Assembly: GCA_018692355.1 (NCBI GenBank)
Contig: JABHKE010000136.1
Location: 1 to 49,738 of the forward strand
Origin: Fidelibacterota bacterium
GTDB lineage: Bacteria; Fidelibacterota; Marinisomatia; Marinisomatales; UBA1611
Direction: 5' to 3'
Length of the DNA: 49,738 nt
Part shown: piece by piece, positions 1-12,351 of the stretch
How positions within the stretch are numbered: the stretch's first letter is position 1
Layout: each line of letters begins with the position of its first letter
The notes under the pieces: model-generated
What the model saw: the letters and a program-made list of their open reading frames with translations, nothing else
Told to the model about the DNA's origin: nothing
Database searches by the model: none
Made by a program: the position numbers and the translations under genes

Positions 1-256
1 AAACGCGATCTCCTGGTTTATAATGTGTCACACCGGGACCAATATCTTCAATAATGCCGCAAAATTCATGTCCAGTAATGAGTGGGAGTTCCAAAGTACG
101 TTGTGCCCATTCATCCCATTTATAAATATGCAGGTCTGTTCCACAAATGGCGGTGTGGGTAATTCTGATCTTTACATCATTGGTGCTGCAATTTGGGATG
201 GGGACATCTTCCATCCAGATCCCACGCTGGGGAGATTTTTTTACAAGTGCTTTCAT
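1..256 (-). CDS. tdh: L-threonine 3-dehydrogenase, 5' part (runs off the window edge)
   Basis: Not in the ORF track. Manual translation from ATG at 256 gives [67 protein letters not shown]...; [15 protein letters not shown] and GHE are characteristic of Tdh. Confidence 0.9.
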   Translation of the reverse strand, partial: MKALVKKSPQRGIWMEDVPIPNCSTNDVKIRITHTAICGTDLHIYKWDEWAQRTLELPLITGHEFCGIIEDIGPGVTHYKPGDRV

Positions 257-523
257 TATTTTAGTCTAAAATTTCTTTGATTATTGAATTCTAAATTTAA
301 GATAAATAAAGAATGGTTTTTTAGATTAAAGATCCAACCTCCAAAATACTAAAACAGCCGAGTAAAGATGCGATACGAAAAAATTATTATCAACACAAAT
401 TGTTAACCGCCTCGAAATGTATTTTTAAAAATGAGTGAACATTGTCGCACTTTTTGGCTAAAAACCACTCAAACGAATCTGAATCCAACCCTAAATTGCT
501 TGCCCGAATTTTTCATATTTATT

Positions 524-1288
524 ATGGCTACCGTATTAGCATTCACAAATCAAAAAGGAGGTGTGGGAAAGACCACATCCGCAGTCAATGTCGCATTGAG
601 TATGGCAGTTTCAGAGGTTCGTACACTTCTCATAGATTTAGATCCCCAATCTAATGCAACCACAGGATTGTCGGATCTTTTCGAAAAGACAAATGGGTCA
701 ATTTATGATGTCCTAATAAAAGGTGATGGAATCAAAGATGCCATTACCAAAACATCTTTTTCACATTTGGATATTGTGTCTTCAACTAACGACCTTGTAG
801 GGGCAGAGATTGAACTTGTAAGCATCATGGCTCGGGAATACCAGCTCAAGAAAGTGCTGAAAAATATTAAGAAAAGTTATGAAATCATTATTATTGATTG
901 TCCGCCATCATTGGGTCTACTTACGATCAATGCGCTTACTGCATCCGATGCACTGGTAATCCCAATTCAATGCGAATATTTTGCCTTGGAAGGGTTGGGC
1001 CAATTGTTGAATACAGTTCGGTTGGTACAACGTCATTTAAATAAAAAATTGGAGATCGCTGGTATCTTAATGACCATGTATGATAGCCGATTGAACTTAT
1101 CCAAACAGGTGGTGAAAGAAGTAAATGGTTTTTTTAAGGATAAATTGTTTAAAACATTCATTCATCGTAACGTCCGATTAAGTGAAGCACCGAGTTTTGG
1201 AAAACCAGCCCTTTTGTATGATGCTAATTCAACCGGTGCCAGAAATTATATGAGTTTGACAGAGGAAATACTCCAACGTGTCAGTTAA
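524..1288 (+). CDS. parA: Chromosome partitioning ATPase ParA/Soj
   Basis: NQKGGVGKTT deviant Walker A, DLDPQSN, DCPPSLG, EAPSFGKP. Likely start is ATG 524 (MATVLAF) rather than 431. Confidence 0.96.
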   Translation: MATVLAFTNQKGGVGKTTSAVNVALSMAVSEVRTLLIDLDPQSNATTGLSDLFEKTNGSIYDVLIKGDGIKDAITKTSFSHLDIVSSTNDLVGAEIELVSIMAREYQLKKVLKNIKKSYEIIIIDCPPSLGLLTINALTASDALVIPIQCEYFALEGLGQLLNTVRLVQRHLNKKLEIAGILMTMYDSRLNLSKQVVKEVNGFFKDKLFKTFIHRNVRLSEAPSFGKPALLYDANSTGARNYMSLTEEILQRVS

Positions 1289-2159
1289 TAGATTAGGAAA
1301 AGGCTTGGAAGCCCTGATTCGCCCGGAAGCGGAACAGAAGAAAAAACCTGGTAAAGCTCCAGCCGCTACAAAACCGGGTGTGACGGAAATTCCATTAAAA
1401 GAAATTCGTCCGAACCCAAACCAGCCCCGCAGGGACTTTGATGAATCAGCCCTGGAAGAATTAGCTGCATCAATCAAGGAAAAAGGTGTATTAACTCCCG
1501 TTACAGTTCGGGATACTGAAGATAGTTATGAATTAGTTGCTGGTGAGCGTCGCTGGCGCGCATCAAAAAAATGCAGAAAAAGGACCATCCCTGCATATGT
1601 GATTACCGTTAAAGATGATGCTGAAATGATGGAAATGGCATTGATTGAAAATATTCAGCGGGAAGACCTGAATTCGTTGGAAGAATCGGAAGCATTTGCT
1701 GTATTGAATTCCAAATTTGAAATGTCTCACGTAGCTATCGCAAAAGCCGTTGGGAAGAAGCGAGTCACTGTTTCTAATTCACTTCGATTATTGAAATTAC
1801 CGCCGGACATTAGAAAAAGTTTAAGAAAAGGTAATATTTCTGCGGGACATGCCCGAGCCATTCTTCAGGCAAAAACCGGGCCGGCTATGAATAAGATATG
1901 GAAGGCGATCTTGAATAAGGATCTGAGTGTTCGAGGTGCAGAAGCTTTAGTGAAGGCATCAACTAAACCACCAAAAAAGAAGAAGATTATTTTCTCCAAA
2001 AAGTCTCATCAAATTCAGGTACTTGAAAATCAATTGATAGAAGTTTTTGGTACAAAAGTGGCACTGAAACCAGGAAAAAAAGGTGGTGCTATTGAAATCT
2101 CATATTTTTCTGATGATGACCTTGAACGTATTCTTGACCTGATCAATTCTATATCCTGA
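1278..2159 (+). CDS. parB: Chromosome partitioning protein ParB/Spo0J
   Basis: RLGKGLEALI N-terminus, PNPNQPRRDF, VAGERRWRA, ENIQREDL and HTH region; overlaps parA. Confidence 0.96.
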   Translation: MSVNRLGKGLEALIRPEAEQKKKPGKAPAATKPGVTEIPLKEIRPNPNQPRRDFDESALEELAASIKEKGVLTPVTVRDTEDSYELVAGERRWRASKKCRKRTIPAYVITVKDDAEMMEMALIENIQREDLNSLEESEAFAVLNSKFEMSHVAIAKAVGKKRVTVSNSLRLLKLPPDIRKSLRKGNISAGHARAILQAKTGPAMNKIWKAILNKDLSVRGAEALVKASTKPPKKKKIIFSKKSHQIQVLENQLIEVFGTKVALKPGKKGGAIEISYFSDDDLERILDLINSIS

Positions 2160-2166
2160 CCTTCCC

Positions 2167-2955
2167 ATGAAACCGGAAAAATACACTATCATGTTTATCC
2201 CGGACGATGAGTCCAGCTCCAAGTCTTATCATTTATCTAAAACAGCTATTCAGACGGTATTCTTTTCTGTGATAGTCCTTTTAACGTGTGTATTTGGTGT
2301 TCTATTCTATTACGTTCCGAAAATGGCAGATTATACAGAGATCAAGGATCGGCATGACCAGTTTGCTACAGAACGGCTCAAAGTATTGGAACTCACGCGG
2401 GATCTTGAACGGATGAAACAGATGGATAAATTAATTCGTCATTCGCTTGGGTCAAAATTAGATTTTGATGACCGTCCTGTCGTGTTCGATTCCATTACAA
2501 ATGCCGTCTCTACTGGTGGAAATTTGGTTTCATTTATTGAGAATATTCCATCTATTGCGCCTATCCAGGGGTTTGTAACACAACGATCGGGGAAGCCTGG
2601 GTTATTTATCTCAGAGACACATCATGGAATAGATATTGTAGCCAAGGAAGGGGAGCCTATTTTAGCCGCGGCATCCGGTGTTGTTGTTTATTCAGGCTGG
2701 AATTATGAATTTGGAAATATGCTCATTTTATATCATGGTGATGATTATTTTACGCACTATGGCCACAATCAGCAGAATTTTAAAAAACAGTTGGATCCTG
2801 TCACTCGCGGTGAAGTAATCGGTCTTGTTGGAAATACGGGTGTGTCTTCTGGTCCGCATTTACATTTTGAAGTCTGGCAGGAATTCGTTGCTATGGACCC
2901 ATTGATCTATTTCCCAGAATACCGTGCAACAGATTTAACTTCTCTCCATGAGTAA
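2167..2955 (+). CDS. M23 family metallo-endopeptidase, membrane anchored
   Basis: N-terminal TM and coiled coil; HHGIDI, YGH and SGPHLHFE zinc motifs. Confidence 0.92.
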   Translation: MKPEKYTIMFIPDDESSSKSYHLSKTAIQTVFFSVIVLLTCVFGVLFYYVPKMADYTEIKDRHDQFATERLKVLELTRDLERMKQMDKLIRHSLGSKLDFDDRPVVFDSITNAVSTGGNLVSFIENIPSIAPIQGFVTQRSGKPGLFISETHHGIDIVAKEGEPILAAASGVVVYSGWNYEFGNMLILYHGDDYFTHYGHNQQNFKKQLDPVTRGEVIGLVGNTGVSSGPHLHFEVWQEFVAMDPLIYFPEYRATDLTSLHE

Positions 2956-3307
2956 GATCAATTTTCAAAATGTTCATACTATGATTGGTGCTGATGCTAG
3001 GATTGATGGACCGGTGAAACTCCAGGAAGGGATTATTATTTATGGTCAGGTTCATGGGGATGTTGTAACAGATGGCCCTGTTCGTATTGCACAAAACGCT
3101 TTGGTTCAGGGTAACATATCAGGAAGCCATATTCGAGTTGGTGGAACTGTTGTTGGTAATATTGCAGCTGACGGTCAGGTAATTCTTGGGAAAAAATGTA
3201 TCCTGAAGGGGGATATTATTTATAGGAAATTACTCATTGAAGATGGCGCCCAGTTTGAAGGGAAGTGCGACATAGTGGGACGTGATTCAGAAAATACCAA
3301 CTCATAG
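2948..3307 (+). CDS. Bactofilin (polymer-forming cytoskeletal protein)
   Basis: TMIGADARIDG...GQVHGDV...IEDGAQFEGKC beta-helix repeats; the M23-bactofilin pairing is common. Confidence 0.9.
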   Translation: MSKINFQNVHTMIGADARIDGPVKLQEGIIIYGQVHGDVVTDGPVRIAQNALVQGNISGSHIRVGGTVVGNIAADGQVILGKKCILKGDIIYRKLLIEDGAQFEGKCDIVGRDSENTNS

Positions 3308-3309
3308 TA

Positions 3310-3567
3310 ATGACCGATCCTAAAGGTCGATCTGGTTTTGATCTGGGGCGGTCACTTGAATATTTTCAGAATATTGTAAAAGAATCTGGACCAGCCGCAT
3401 CTGCATCTTATACACTTGTGGCTTCTGTTCTCATTTTTACATTATTGGGCTGGTATATCGATTCATCAAGAGGAACAAAACCAATTGGTATTTTAGTGGG
3501 ATTGGGTATTGGATTGATTAGCGGTTTTTATCACTTAGCAAAAACGATTTGGATACGTAAACGTTGA
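3310..3567 (+). CDS. AtpZ/AtpI-family small membrane protein
   Basis: Two TMs with LGWYID...GTKP..ILVGLGIGLISGFY pattern; first gene of the atp operon. Confidence 0.8.
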   Translation: MTDPKGRSGFDLGRSLEYFQNIVKESGPAASASYTLVASVLIFTLLGWYIDSSRGTKPIGILVGLGIGLISGFYHLAKTIWIRKR

Positions 3568-3911
3568 AATTGTTTTTTTATGGCGTAATGGCTTCTGTAG
3601 GGATTCTTGGATTGGCGGTGGGTTTTTATCCAGAATATCAAATTGAATTGTTTTTAGGATGGATACTCCCCACGTTGGCTGGGGTAACAACTATGTATTT
3701 TGTATTGGGTGCTTCAAAAAAAGATGCTCAACTTGTCACAAAAACCATCGCAACGGGATTTGTGATCAAGATGGTTTATTATGGTGTAACAATTCTCATT
3801 ATTTTTAAACTATATTCTTTTGAGCCTGTCTCATTCATGTGTAGTTTTGCGGGCTTTTTTCTAGGGCTACATGCACTGGAAGCAGTCATTGTAAAAGACA
3901 TTTCGAAGTAA
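3564..3911 (+). CDS. atpI: ATP synthase accessory protein I (4 TM)
   Basis: Four hydrophobic segments, TTG start overlapping the previous stop, directly upstream of atpB. Confidence 0.6.
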   Translation: MKLFFYGVMASVGILGLAVGFYPEYQIELFLGWILPTLAGVTTMYFVLGASKKDAQLVTKTIATGFVIKMVYYGVTILIIFKLYSFEPVSFMCSFAGFFLGLHALEAVIVKDISK

Positions 3912-3944
3912 ACTAAATATAAACCGAATTGAATCAATAGCAGT

Positions 3945-4874
3945 ATGAGTGCAGTTGAAACTGGGCACGCCTCCCAAAGTGTGATGGAACAGGTTGGACC
4001 AAACATTATCCACCATGTTTCCAATTCTGATATATCGCACCCCCTTTATCATATTCCACCACTCTTCGGGATAGATTTCTCAGTTACAAAACATGTATTA
4101 ATGTTATGGATTGTAGCTTTATTAGTTGGGATTGCTGTTATTATTCCTGTTAGAAAATTTTTATCTAGTAACAAGGCTGCACCATCAGGATGGATGAATG
4201 GTATTGAAGCCATTGTTCAATTCATTCGAGATTCCATTGTTAAGCCAAATGTAGGACCAAAATGGGTCATGACTTGGACTCCGCTTATTCTGACATTTTT
4301 CTTTTTCATTTTATTTGCAAATGGGATTGGTATGATTCCCATTTTTGATGTTTTAGGTGCATTTAACCGTTTTGTATTAGATGTGCCAGCGTCAGACTCC
4401 CACAATATGATCAATAATATTCTTCATGGTGGTGTGACAGCCACAGGAAACTTCAATGTAACAGCCGGACTGGCAACAATCACCTTTTTTTCAATCATGG
4501 TAGCGGGAACGATGGCTCATGGTTTTATTAATCATTGGAAAAATTTGGCGCCACACGGATTGGCATGGCCCGTATATATAATTCTGATCCCTATTGAATT
4601 AATGGGCCTTTTTGTAAAGCCATTTGCCCTAACCATGCGTTTGGCAGCCAACATGACAGGTGGACACATTGCACTGTTGGCACTTTTATCTCTCATGGCC
4701 ATTTTTGGCGAAATGTTTCATAGTACAATAGCAGGAGTTGGTGTGGCATTTGTCGCCATCCCTATTTCTGTCGCTATTTCAGCACTCGAAATTATTGTCG
4801 TTCTTGTACAGGCATATGTATTTACCTTACTTACATCTGTATTTGTTGGGATGGCAATTAATGTTCATCATTAA
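3945..4874 (+). CDS. atpB: F0 ATP synthase subunit a
   Basis: KPFALTMRLAANMTGGH with the essential Arg; LVQAYVFTLL. Confidence 0.97.
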   Translation: MSAVETGHASQSVMEQVGPNIIHHVSNSDISHPLYHIPPLFGIDFSVTKHVLMLWIVALLVGIAVIIPVRKFLSSNKAAPSGWMNGIEAIVQFIRDSIVKPNVGPKWVMTWTPLILTFFFFILFANGIGMIPIFDVLGAFNRFVLDVPASDSHNMINNILHGGVTATGNFNVTAGLATITFFSIMVAGTMAHGFINHWKNLAPHGLAWPVYIILIPIELMGLFVKPFALTMRLAANMTGGHIALLALLSLMAIFGEMFHSTIAGVGVAFVAIPISVAISALEIIVVLVQAYVFTLLTSVFVGMAINVHH

Positions 4875-4893
4875 TAAAAAAAGGATATAAACA

Positions 4894-5109
4894 ATGGAAG
4901 CAACTGTATTTGTACCTATAGGATTAGGGCTCACAGTCATTGGAGCAGGACTTGGGATTGGCCGTTTTGCAGCAGCAGCAGCAGAAGGTATCGCCCGTCA
5001 GCCCGAAGCCGCTGATAAGATCACTGGTGCCGTGAACTTGCCACTCTTTCTTCTTGAAGGTGTTGCAATTCTCGCAGAAGTGTTCATTTTTTTAATGCTA
5101 ATTCTTTAA
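4894..5109 (+). CDS. atpE: F0 ATP synthase subunit c
   Basis: GAGLGIG, ARQPE loop, carboxylate E55; AAGGA RBS upstream. Confidence 0.96.
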   Translation: MEATVFVPIGLGLTVIGAGLGIGRFAAAAAEGIARQPEAADKITGAVNLPLFLLEGVAILAEVFIFLMLIL

Positions 5110-5128
5110 TCAATAACCGTAAATAATT

Positions 5129-5695
5129 ATGGATCAAATTTGGGGAATTCCCGGAGGCGATGATCTCCATGAGTCCACAGAGGCTCATGGGAGCGCGAGT
5201 ACTCCGAACCCGTTAGTCCAATTAGATCCGGGTCTGTTCATTTGGACGATCCTGACCTTTTTGATCCTGTTCTATGTTTTGGCAAAGTTTGCCTGGAAAC
5301 CCCTGCTTACTGCATTGGAATCCAGGGAAAACACTATCAAATCTTCCTTGGAAGATGCTGAAAAAGCCAAAACAGAATTAGAACGGCTCAACGCTGAATC
5401 TGAAGAGATTATGGCTAAAGCCCGATCTGAAGCTCAAACTATTCGTGTAGAAGCGAAATCAGCAGCTGAAAAGATCAAGGCTGATGTTATGGTTCAGGCG
5501 GGTGAAGATGCGAATAAAATTCGTGAAGACGCCCAAAAACAGATCAATGTTGAAAAAGATAAAGCCATTCATGAAATTCGCCAGGAAGTGGTGAGTTTGA
5601 CTATGATGGTGGCTGAAAAGGTCATTAAAAAGAATCTGTCCAAAGAAGATAATCAAGCTTTAATTGAAGACTCCATTAAGCATCTAAAAGGATAA
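5129..5695 (+). CDS. atpF: F0 ATP synthase subunit b
   Basis: PGLFIWTILTFLILFYVLAKFAWKP TM followed by a long charged coiled coil. Confidence 0.95.
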   Translation: MDQIWGIPGGDDLHESTEAHGSASTPNPLVQLDPGLFIWTILTFLILFYVLAKFAWKPLLTALESRENTIKSSLEDAEKAKTELERLNAESEEIMAKARSEAQTIRVEAKSAAEKIKADVMVQAGEDANKIREDAQKQINVEKDKAIHEIRQEVVSLTMMVAEKVIKKNLSKEDNQALIEDSIKHLKG

Positions 5696-6231
5696 TGACG
5701 CGTAAACAAACCACAAAACGTCTTGCCAATGCACTTTATTCGGTCTCAGAACATAATAATATATTGGATTCAGTTCATCGTGGATTAAACACATTGAACA
5801 TCTTGGTGAAAACAGATTCCCAATTTCGTGTGTTTATTCAATCAAAACGAATTTCTGGCGAGGATAAAACCACCATTTTGAATAACGTGATGGGTGATTC
5901 AGGTCATCCATTGGTAGGTGAACTGCTCTCATATATAGAAGGGAGGCAGTCTTCCGCTATTTTGCAGGATGTAACGAACCTGTTTAACCGTCTATATAAA
6001 GAAGGAAAAAATATCATTTCCGTGAAAGGTACTGTGGCTAGTGCTATCAGTGAAGATGAAAAATCTTCCTTGAAATCATCGCTGGATCAAATACTTGGAA
6101 AAGAGACTGATCTGTCTTTAGATGTGGATGCTTCTTTAATTGGCGGGATCAGACTTAGAATCGAAAATACATTCTTGGACGCAACTGTCTGGAATCAATT
6201 GCAGACGCTCCGAGCGGAACTGCTGACATAG
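5695..6231 (+). CDS. atpH: F1 ATP synthase subunit delta
   Basis: KRLANALY N-terminus; VDASLIGGIRLRIEN...DATV C-terminus; position in operon. Confidence 0.93.
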   Translation: MTRKQTTKRLANALYSVSEHNNILDSVHRGLNTLNILVKTDSQFRVFIQSKRISGEDKTTILNNVMGDSGHPLVGELLSYIEGRQSSAILQDVTNLFNRLYKEGKNIISVKGTVASAISEDEKSSLKSSLDQILGKETDLSLDVDASLIGGIRLRIENTFLDATVWNQLQTLRAELLT

Positions 6232-6249
6232 TAAAATAATTAGGAAATT

Positions 6250-7776
6250 ATGGATATACAAACTGATCAATTAACCCGCCTACTTCGCGAACAGATCGAG
6301 AAATTCGATGGTTCGGTTGATGTAGCTGAGGTCGGAGAAGTGATTGAAGTGGGTGACGGTGTTGCTCGTGTCTCCGGTCTTGAAAATGTAATGAGTTCGG
6401 AATTGGTAGAGTTGCCAAATAGCGTGTTCGGGATGGCATTGAATCTTGAAGAAGACAATGTGGGTCTCGTGCTTTTTGGCGAAACGCGATTGGTGAAAGA
6501 AGGTGATTTAGCAAAACGGACCGGCCGAGTGGTGGAGGTCCCTGTTGGGCCATCTATGCTTGGTCGCGTGGTTAATCCCTTGGGGCAGCCCATTGATGGT
6601 AAAGGTCCGATTGATACTCCCCATTCACTTCCTATTGAACGGAAAGCGTTGGGTGTTATGGCTCGTCAACCTGTGACTGAACCCTTGCAAACTGGTATCA
6701 AAGCTGTGGATAGTATGATCCCCATTGGTCGCGGCCAGCGTGAGCTGATTATTGGCGACCGTCAAACGGGAAAAACGGCTGTTGCCATTGATGCCATCAT
6801 CAACCAAGCTTACACCCATAAAACAGAAAAACCCGTTTACTGTATTTATGTAGCGATTGGACAAAAAGCATCAACCGTTGCTGCCCTCGTTCAAGAGTTG
6901 GAAGCAAATGGTGCCATGGAGTACACAACCGTTGTGGCAGCAAATGCATCTGATCCGGCACCGACACAATACATTGCTCCTTATTCTGGTGCAGCGATGG
7001 GCGAATATTTTCGCGACAATGGTAAACACGCCTTGATCATATATGATGATCTTTCAAAACAGGCTGTTGCCTATCGCCAGATGTCTTTGGTTCTTCGACG
7101 GCCACCGGGACGTGAAGCATTTCCGGGTGACGTTTTTTATCTCCACAGTCGTTTGCTAGAACGCGCATCCAAATTATCGGATGATTTGGGTGGTGGATCC
7201 CTGACAGCATTACCTATCATTGAAACTCAAGAAGGTGACGTTTCTGCTTATATTCCCACTAATGTAATCTCTATTACGGATGGACAGATCTATTTGGAAA
7301 CAAACTTATTCAATTCCGGAATTCGCCCGGCTATTGATGTGGGCCTTTCTGTTTCACGTGTAGGGGGAAATGCACAGATCAAAGCGATGAAATCTGTTGC
7401 GGGTACGCTCCGTCTAGATTTGGCACAATACCGTGAATTGGAAGCATTTGCAAAATTCGGATCTGATTTGGATAAAGCAACCTTGGCTCAATTGACCCGG
7501 GGTGAGCGGATGGTTGAAATCTTAAAACAGAATCAATATGTCCCTATGAATGTTGAAAAACAGGTGGCTATTATTTTTGCTGCTTCCAAAGGACACTTGG
7601 ATGACATTCCAGCGGAAAAAGTTTTAGACTTTGAAACAGGATTGTTGGAATACTTGGATGCTAATGCAGCAGATTCACTTGCTTCAATTGTGAAGGAGGG
7701 TAAGATTACCGATGAAAATGTAGGTACGCTTGAAAAAGCAATTGTAGACTACAAAGCAGGATTCAACGCCGAATAA
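6250..7776 (+). CDS. atpA: F1 ATP synthase subunit alpha
   Basis: GDRQTGKT Walker A; [21 protein letters not shown]. Confidence 0.99.
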   Translation: MDIQTDQLTRLLREQIEKFDGSVDVAEVGEVIEVGDGVARVSGLENVMSSELVELPNSVFGMALNLEEDNVGLVLFGETRLVKEGDLAKRTGRVVEVPVGPSMLGRVVNPLGQPIDGKGPIDTPHSLPIERKALGVMARQPVTEPLQTGIKAVDSMIPIGRGQRELIIGDRQTGKTAVAIDAIINQAYTHKTEKPVYCIYVAIGQKASTVAALVQELEANGAMEYTTVVAANASDPAPTQYIAPYSGAAMGEYFRDNGKHALIIYDDLSKQAVAYRQMSLVLRRPPGREAFPGDVFYLHSRLLERASKLSDDLGGGSLTALPIIETQEGDVSAYIPTNVISITDGQIYLETNLFNSGIRPAIDVGLSVSRVGGNAQIKAMKSVAGTLRLDLAQYRELEAFAKFGSDLDKATLAQLTRGERMVEILKQNQYVPMNVEKQVAIIFAASKGHLDDIPAEKVLDFETGLLEYLDANAADSLASIVKEGKITDENVGTLEKAIVDYKAGFNAE

Positions 7777-7779
7777 TTT

Positions 7780-10048
<2,269 letters not shown>

Positions 10049-10049
<1 letters not shown>

Positions 10050-10447
10050 TGAGTGAATTCCAACTTGAAATTGTAACGCCGATTCGTGAACTTGATCAAG
10101 GACAAGTGAGTTATGTACGCTGTTCCGGATTAGATGGTTCATTTGGGGTTATGGCAAATCATCGCGAAGGTATCATTGCCTTGACTGTTGGGGAAATCAA
10201 AGTTACGCGAGAAGGTAAAGATGAATTCTTGGCCACAAGTGGTGGATTTGCAGAGATCATGAAAGATAAGGTGAAACTCTTGGTTGAATCGGTGGAGACG
10301 GTATCTGAAATTGATGCGGATCGTGCAGAAAAATCTTTAGAACGGGCTACGCGACGCAAATCTGAGAAAGATTCTAAAATGGATGAAGTTCGAATTGAAG
10401 CATCTTTAATGCGGGCCATTAACCGCTTACGGGTTTCCAAAAGATAA
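10049..10447 (+). CDS. atpC: F1 ATP synthase subunit epsilon
   Basis: LEIVTP, GVMANH, SGGFAEI, C-terminal helices (RAINRL). Confidence 0.96.
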
Positions 10448-10478
10448 TTCTTTTTTTAAATTTGAAAAATGAAATCAG

Positions 10479-10510
10479 AAGCTCGAAACGGTTATTGTTT
10501 CGAGTTTTTT
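10479..10510 (+). terminator. Intrinsic terminator of the atp operon
   Basis: AAGCTCGAAAC-ggttatt-GTTTCGAGTTT stem running into a T tract, ~30 nt after the atpC stop. Confidence 0.8.
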
Positions 10511-10550
10511 GTTTATGAACTAAATATGAAAAAATCTAATAAATTCAGAT

Positions 10551-12308
10551 ATGTATAAAAGGTCTCACACTTGCGGACAACTTCGGAAAACCAATGTTGG
10601 TGTAACAATTAATCTAAACGGTTGGGTCAATTCAGTTCGGCTTCATGGACAGGTGGTTTTTGTAGATCTCCGTGATCGCTACGGCAAAACACAGATCGTT
10701 TTTGACGCTGATTCATTTTCCGGCGATTTTGAAGCAGTGAAAAAATTATCCATGGAAGATGTCTTGTCTATCCAGGGAGCGGTGAGAGACCGATCAGAAT
10801 CCGCCGTGAACCCGAATATGGTAACGGGTGAAATTGAAGTAGCTGTGACAGACTATATTATGCTAAATGAAGCAGCCCCGCTTCCATTCGTACTGTCAGA
10901 TAGAGATAATGCTGAGGAAAACCTTCGATTGAAATATCGCTATCTTGAACTCAGAATGGAAGAACTCCAGAAAAATATACTTATCCGCCATGAAACCTAC
11001 CAAGCCGTCCGTAGTTATTTATCAGGACTGGAATTTGTAGAAATTGAAACACCGGTTTTGATGAAATCCACACCGGAAGGCGCTCGGGATTATTTGGTCC
11101 CCAGTCGGATTCATCAAGGAAAATTTTATGCATTGCCCCAGTCCCCTCAGATCTATAAACAGATACTAATGATTGCCAACTATGACAGGTATTTCCAAAT
11201 AGTAAAATGTTTCCGGGATGAAGACCTTCGTGCTGACCGCCAGCCTGAATTCACCCAGATAGATATTGAAATGTCATTCATTGATGAGGAAGATATTTTT
11301 GTTCACATGGAAGGGTTGACTCGCCATGTATTTAAATCAATACGTGGTATTGATCTACCGGATCCTTTCCCAAGGCTAACTTATGCGGACGCCATGGAAA
11401 CTTATGGCTCTGACAAACCGGATCTTCGTTATGGGATGCAGCTCCAGGATGTGAAAGATTTCACCGATGCTTCTGATTTCAATGTATTCAAATCAGCTGA
11501 AAAAGTGAAAGGAATCATTATAAAAGGTGGTGCCAAATATTCCAGAAAAAATATTGATGAGTTAACAGATTTTGTCAAAAAATATAAGGCGAAAGGCTTG
11601 GCATGGATGAAATGGGAAAAGGGCACATTCATAGGCGGAATTTCCAAATTTTTCTCCGAAAATCTTCAGAAGGCCATGTTTGAAAAATTGAGTGGGAATG
11701 ATGGAGATATATTATTCATGATTGGTGATGATTCATCGATTGTTCTTAATGCATTAGGTCATCTTCGCGTGGAAATAGCGAAGCGTGAAGCCTTAACAAA
11801 CAAAGATGATTTTAAACCGGTTTGGGTTACAGAATTCCCTATGTTTGAATATGATAAAGAAGCTGATCGTTTTATTGCCATGCATCATCCGTTTACAGCA
11901 CCGAGAGAATCAGATATTGAAATGTTAGATTCGGATCCATCCAACACTTTGAGCCGTGGCTATGATTTAACCTTAAATGGATATGAGATTGCCGGTGGCT
12001 CCATTCGAATTCATTCACCAAAAGTTCAAGAAAAAGTATTCTCTTTATTAGGATTGAGCCGTGAAGAAGCGGTTGAAAAATTTGGATTCTTAGTGGAAGC
12101 CTTGACCTATGGTGCACCACCCCACGGTGGCATTGCTTTTGGGTTTGATCGGTTAGTTATGCTCTTAGCTGGAACTGAAAATATCCGTGATGTAATCGCT
12201 TTTCCCAAAACTACATCAGCGACATCTCTCATGGATGAAAGTCCAAACAATGTGAGCGCCAACCAGTTGGATGAGTTGGGGATTCAAATCAAAAAATCTA
12301 AAAAATAA
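10551..12308 (+). CDS. aspS: Aspartate--tRNA ligase
   Basis: RSHTCGQLR, FVDLRDRYG, TPEGARDYLVPSR, DRQPEFTQIDIE, GAPPHGGIAFGFDR. Confidence 0.98.
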   Translation: MYKRSHTCGQLRKTNVGVTINLNGWVNSVRLHGQVVFVDLRDRYGKTQIVFDADSFSGDFEAVKKLSMEDVLSIQGAVRDRSESAVNPNMVTGEIEVAVTDYIMLNEAAPLPFVLSDRDNAEENLRLKYRYLELRMEELQKNILIRHETYQAVRSYLSGLEFVEIETPVLMKSTPEGARDYLVPSRIHQGKFYALPQSPQIYKQILMIANYDRYFQIVKCFRDEDLRADRQPEFTQIDIEMSFIDEEDIFVHMEGLTRHVFKSIRGIDLPDPFPRLTYADAMETYGSDKPDLRYGMQLQDVKDFTDASDFNVFKSAEKVKGIIIKGGAKYSRKNIDELTDFVKKYKAKGLAWMKWEKGTFIGGISKFFSENLQKAMFEKLSGNDGDILFMIGDDSSIVLNALGHLRVEIAKREALTNKDDFKPVWVTEFPMFEYDKEADRFIAMHHPFTAPRESDIEMLDSDPSNTLSRGYDLTLNGYEIAGGSIRIHSPKVQEKVFSLLGLSREEAVEKFGFLVEALTYGAPPHGGIAFGFDRLVMLLAGTENIRDVIAFPKTTSATSLMDESPNNVSANQLDELGIQIKKSKK

Positions 12309-12351
12309 TTTATTCAATTGGCTTTTGCGAAACAGTCTTCTGTTTCCATTC

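Noticed and set aside
23-280. 85-aa plus-strand ORF
   Set aside because: Antisense shadow of the clearly recognisable tdh on the minus strand.
257-523. Possible oriC upstream of parA
   Set aside because: AT-rich, but I see only one imperfect DnaA-box-like 9-mer (TTATCAACA at 387-395), no box cluster and no dnaA nearby.
7350-7365. parS-like TGTTTCACGTGTAGGG
   Set aside because: Only the first 11 nt match the parS palindrome, and it encodes the conserved SVSRVG peptide of AtpA.
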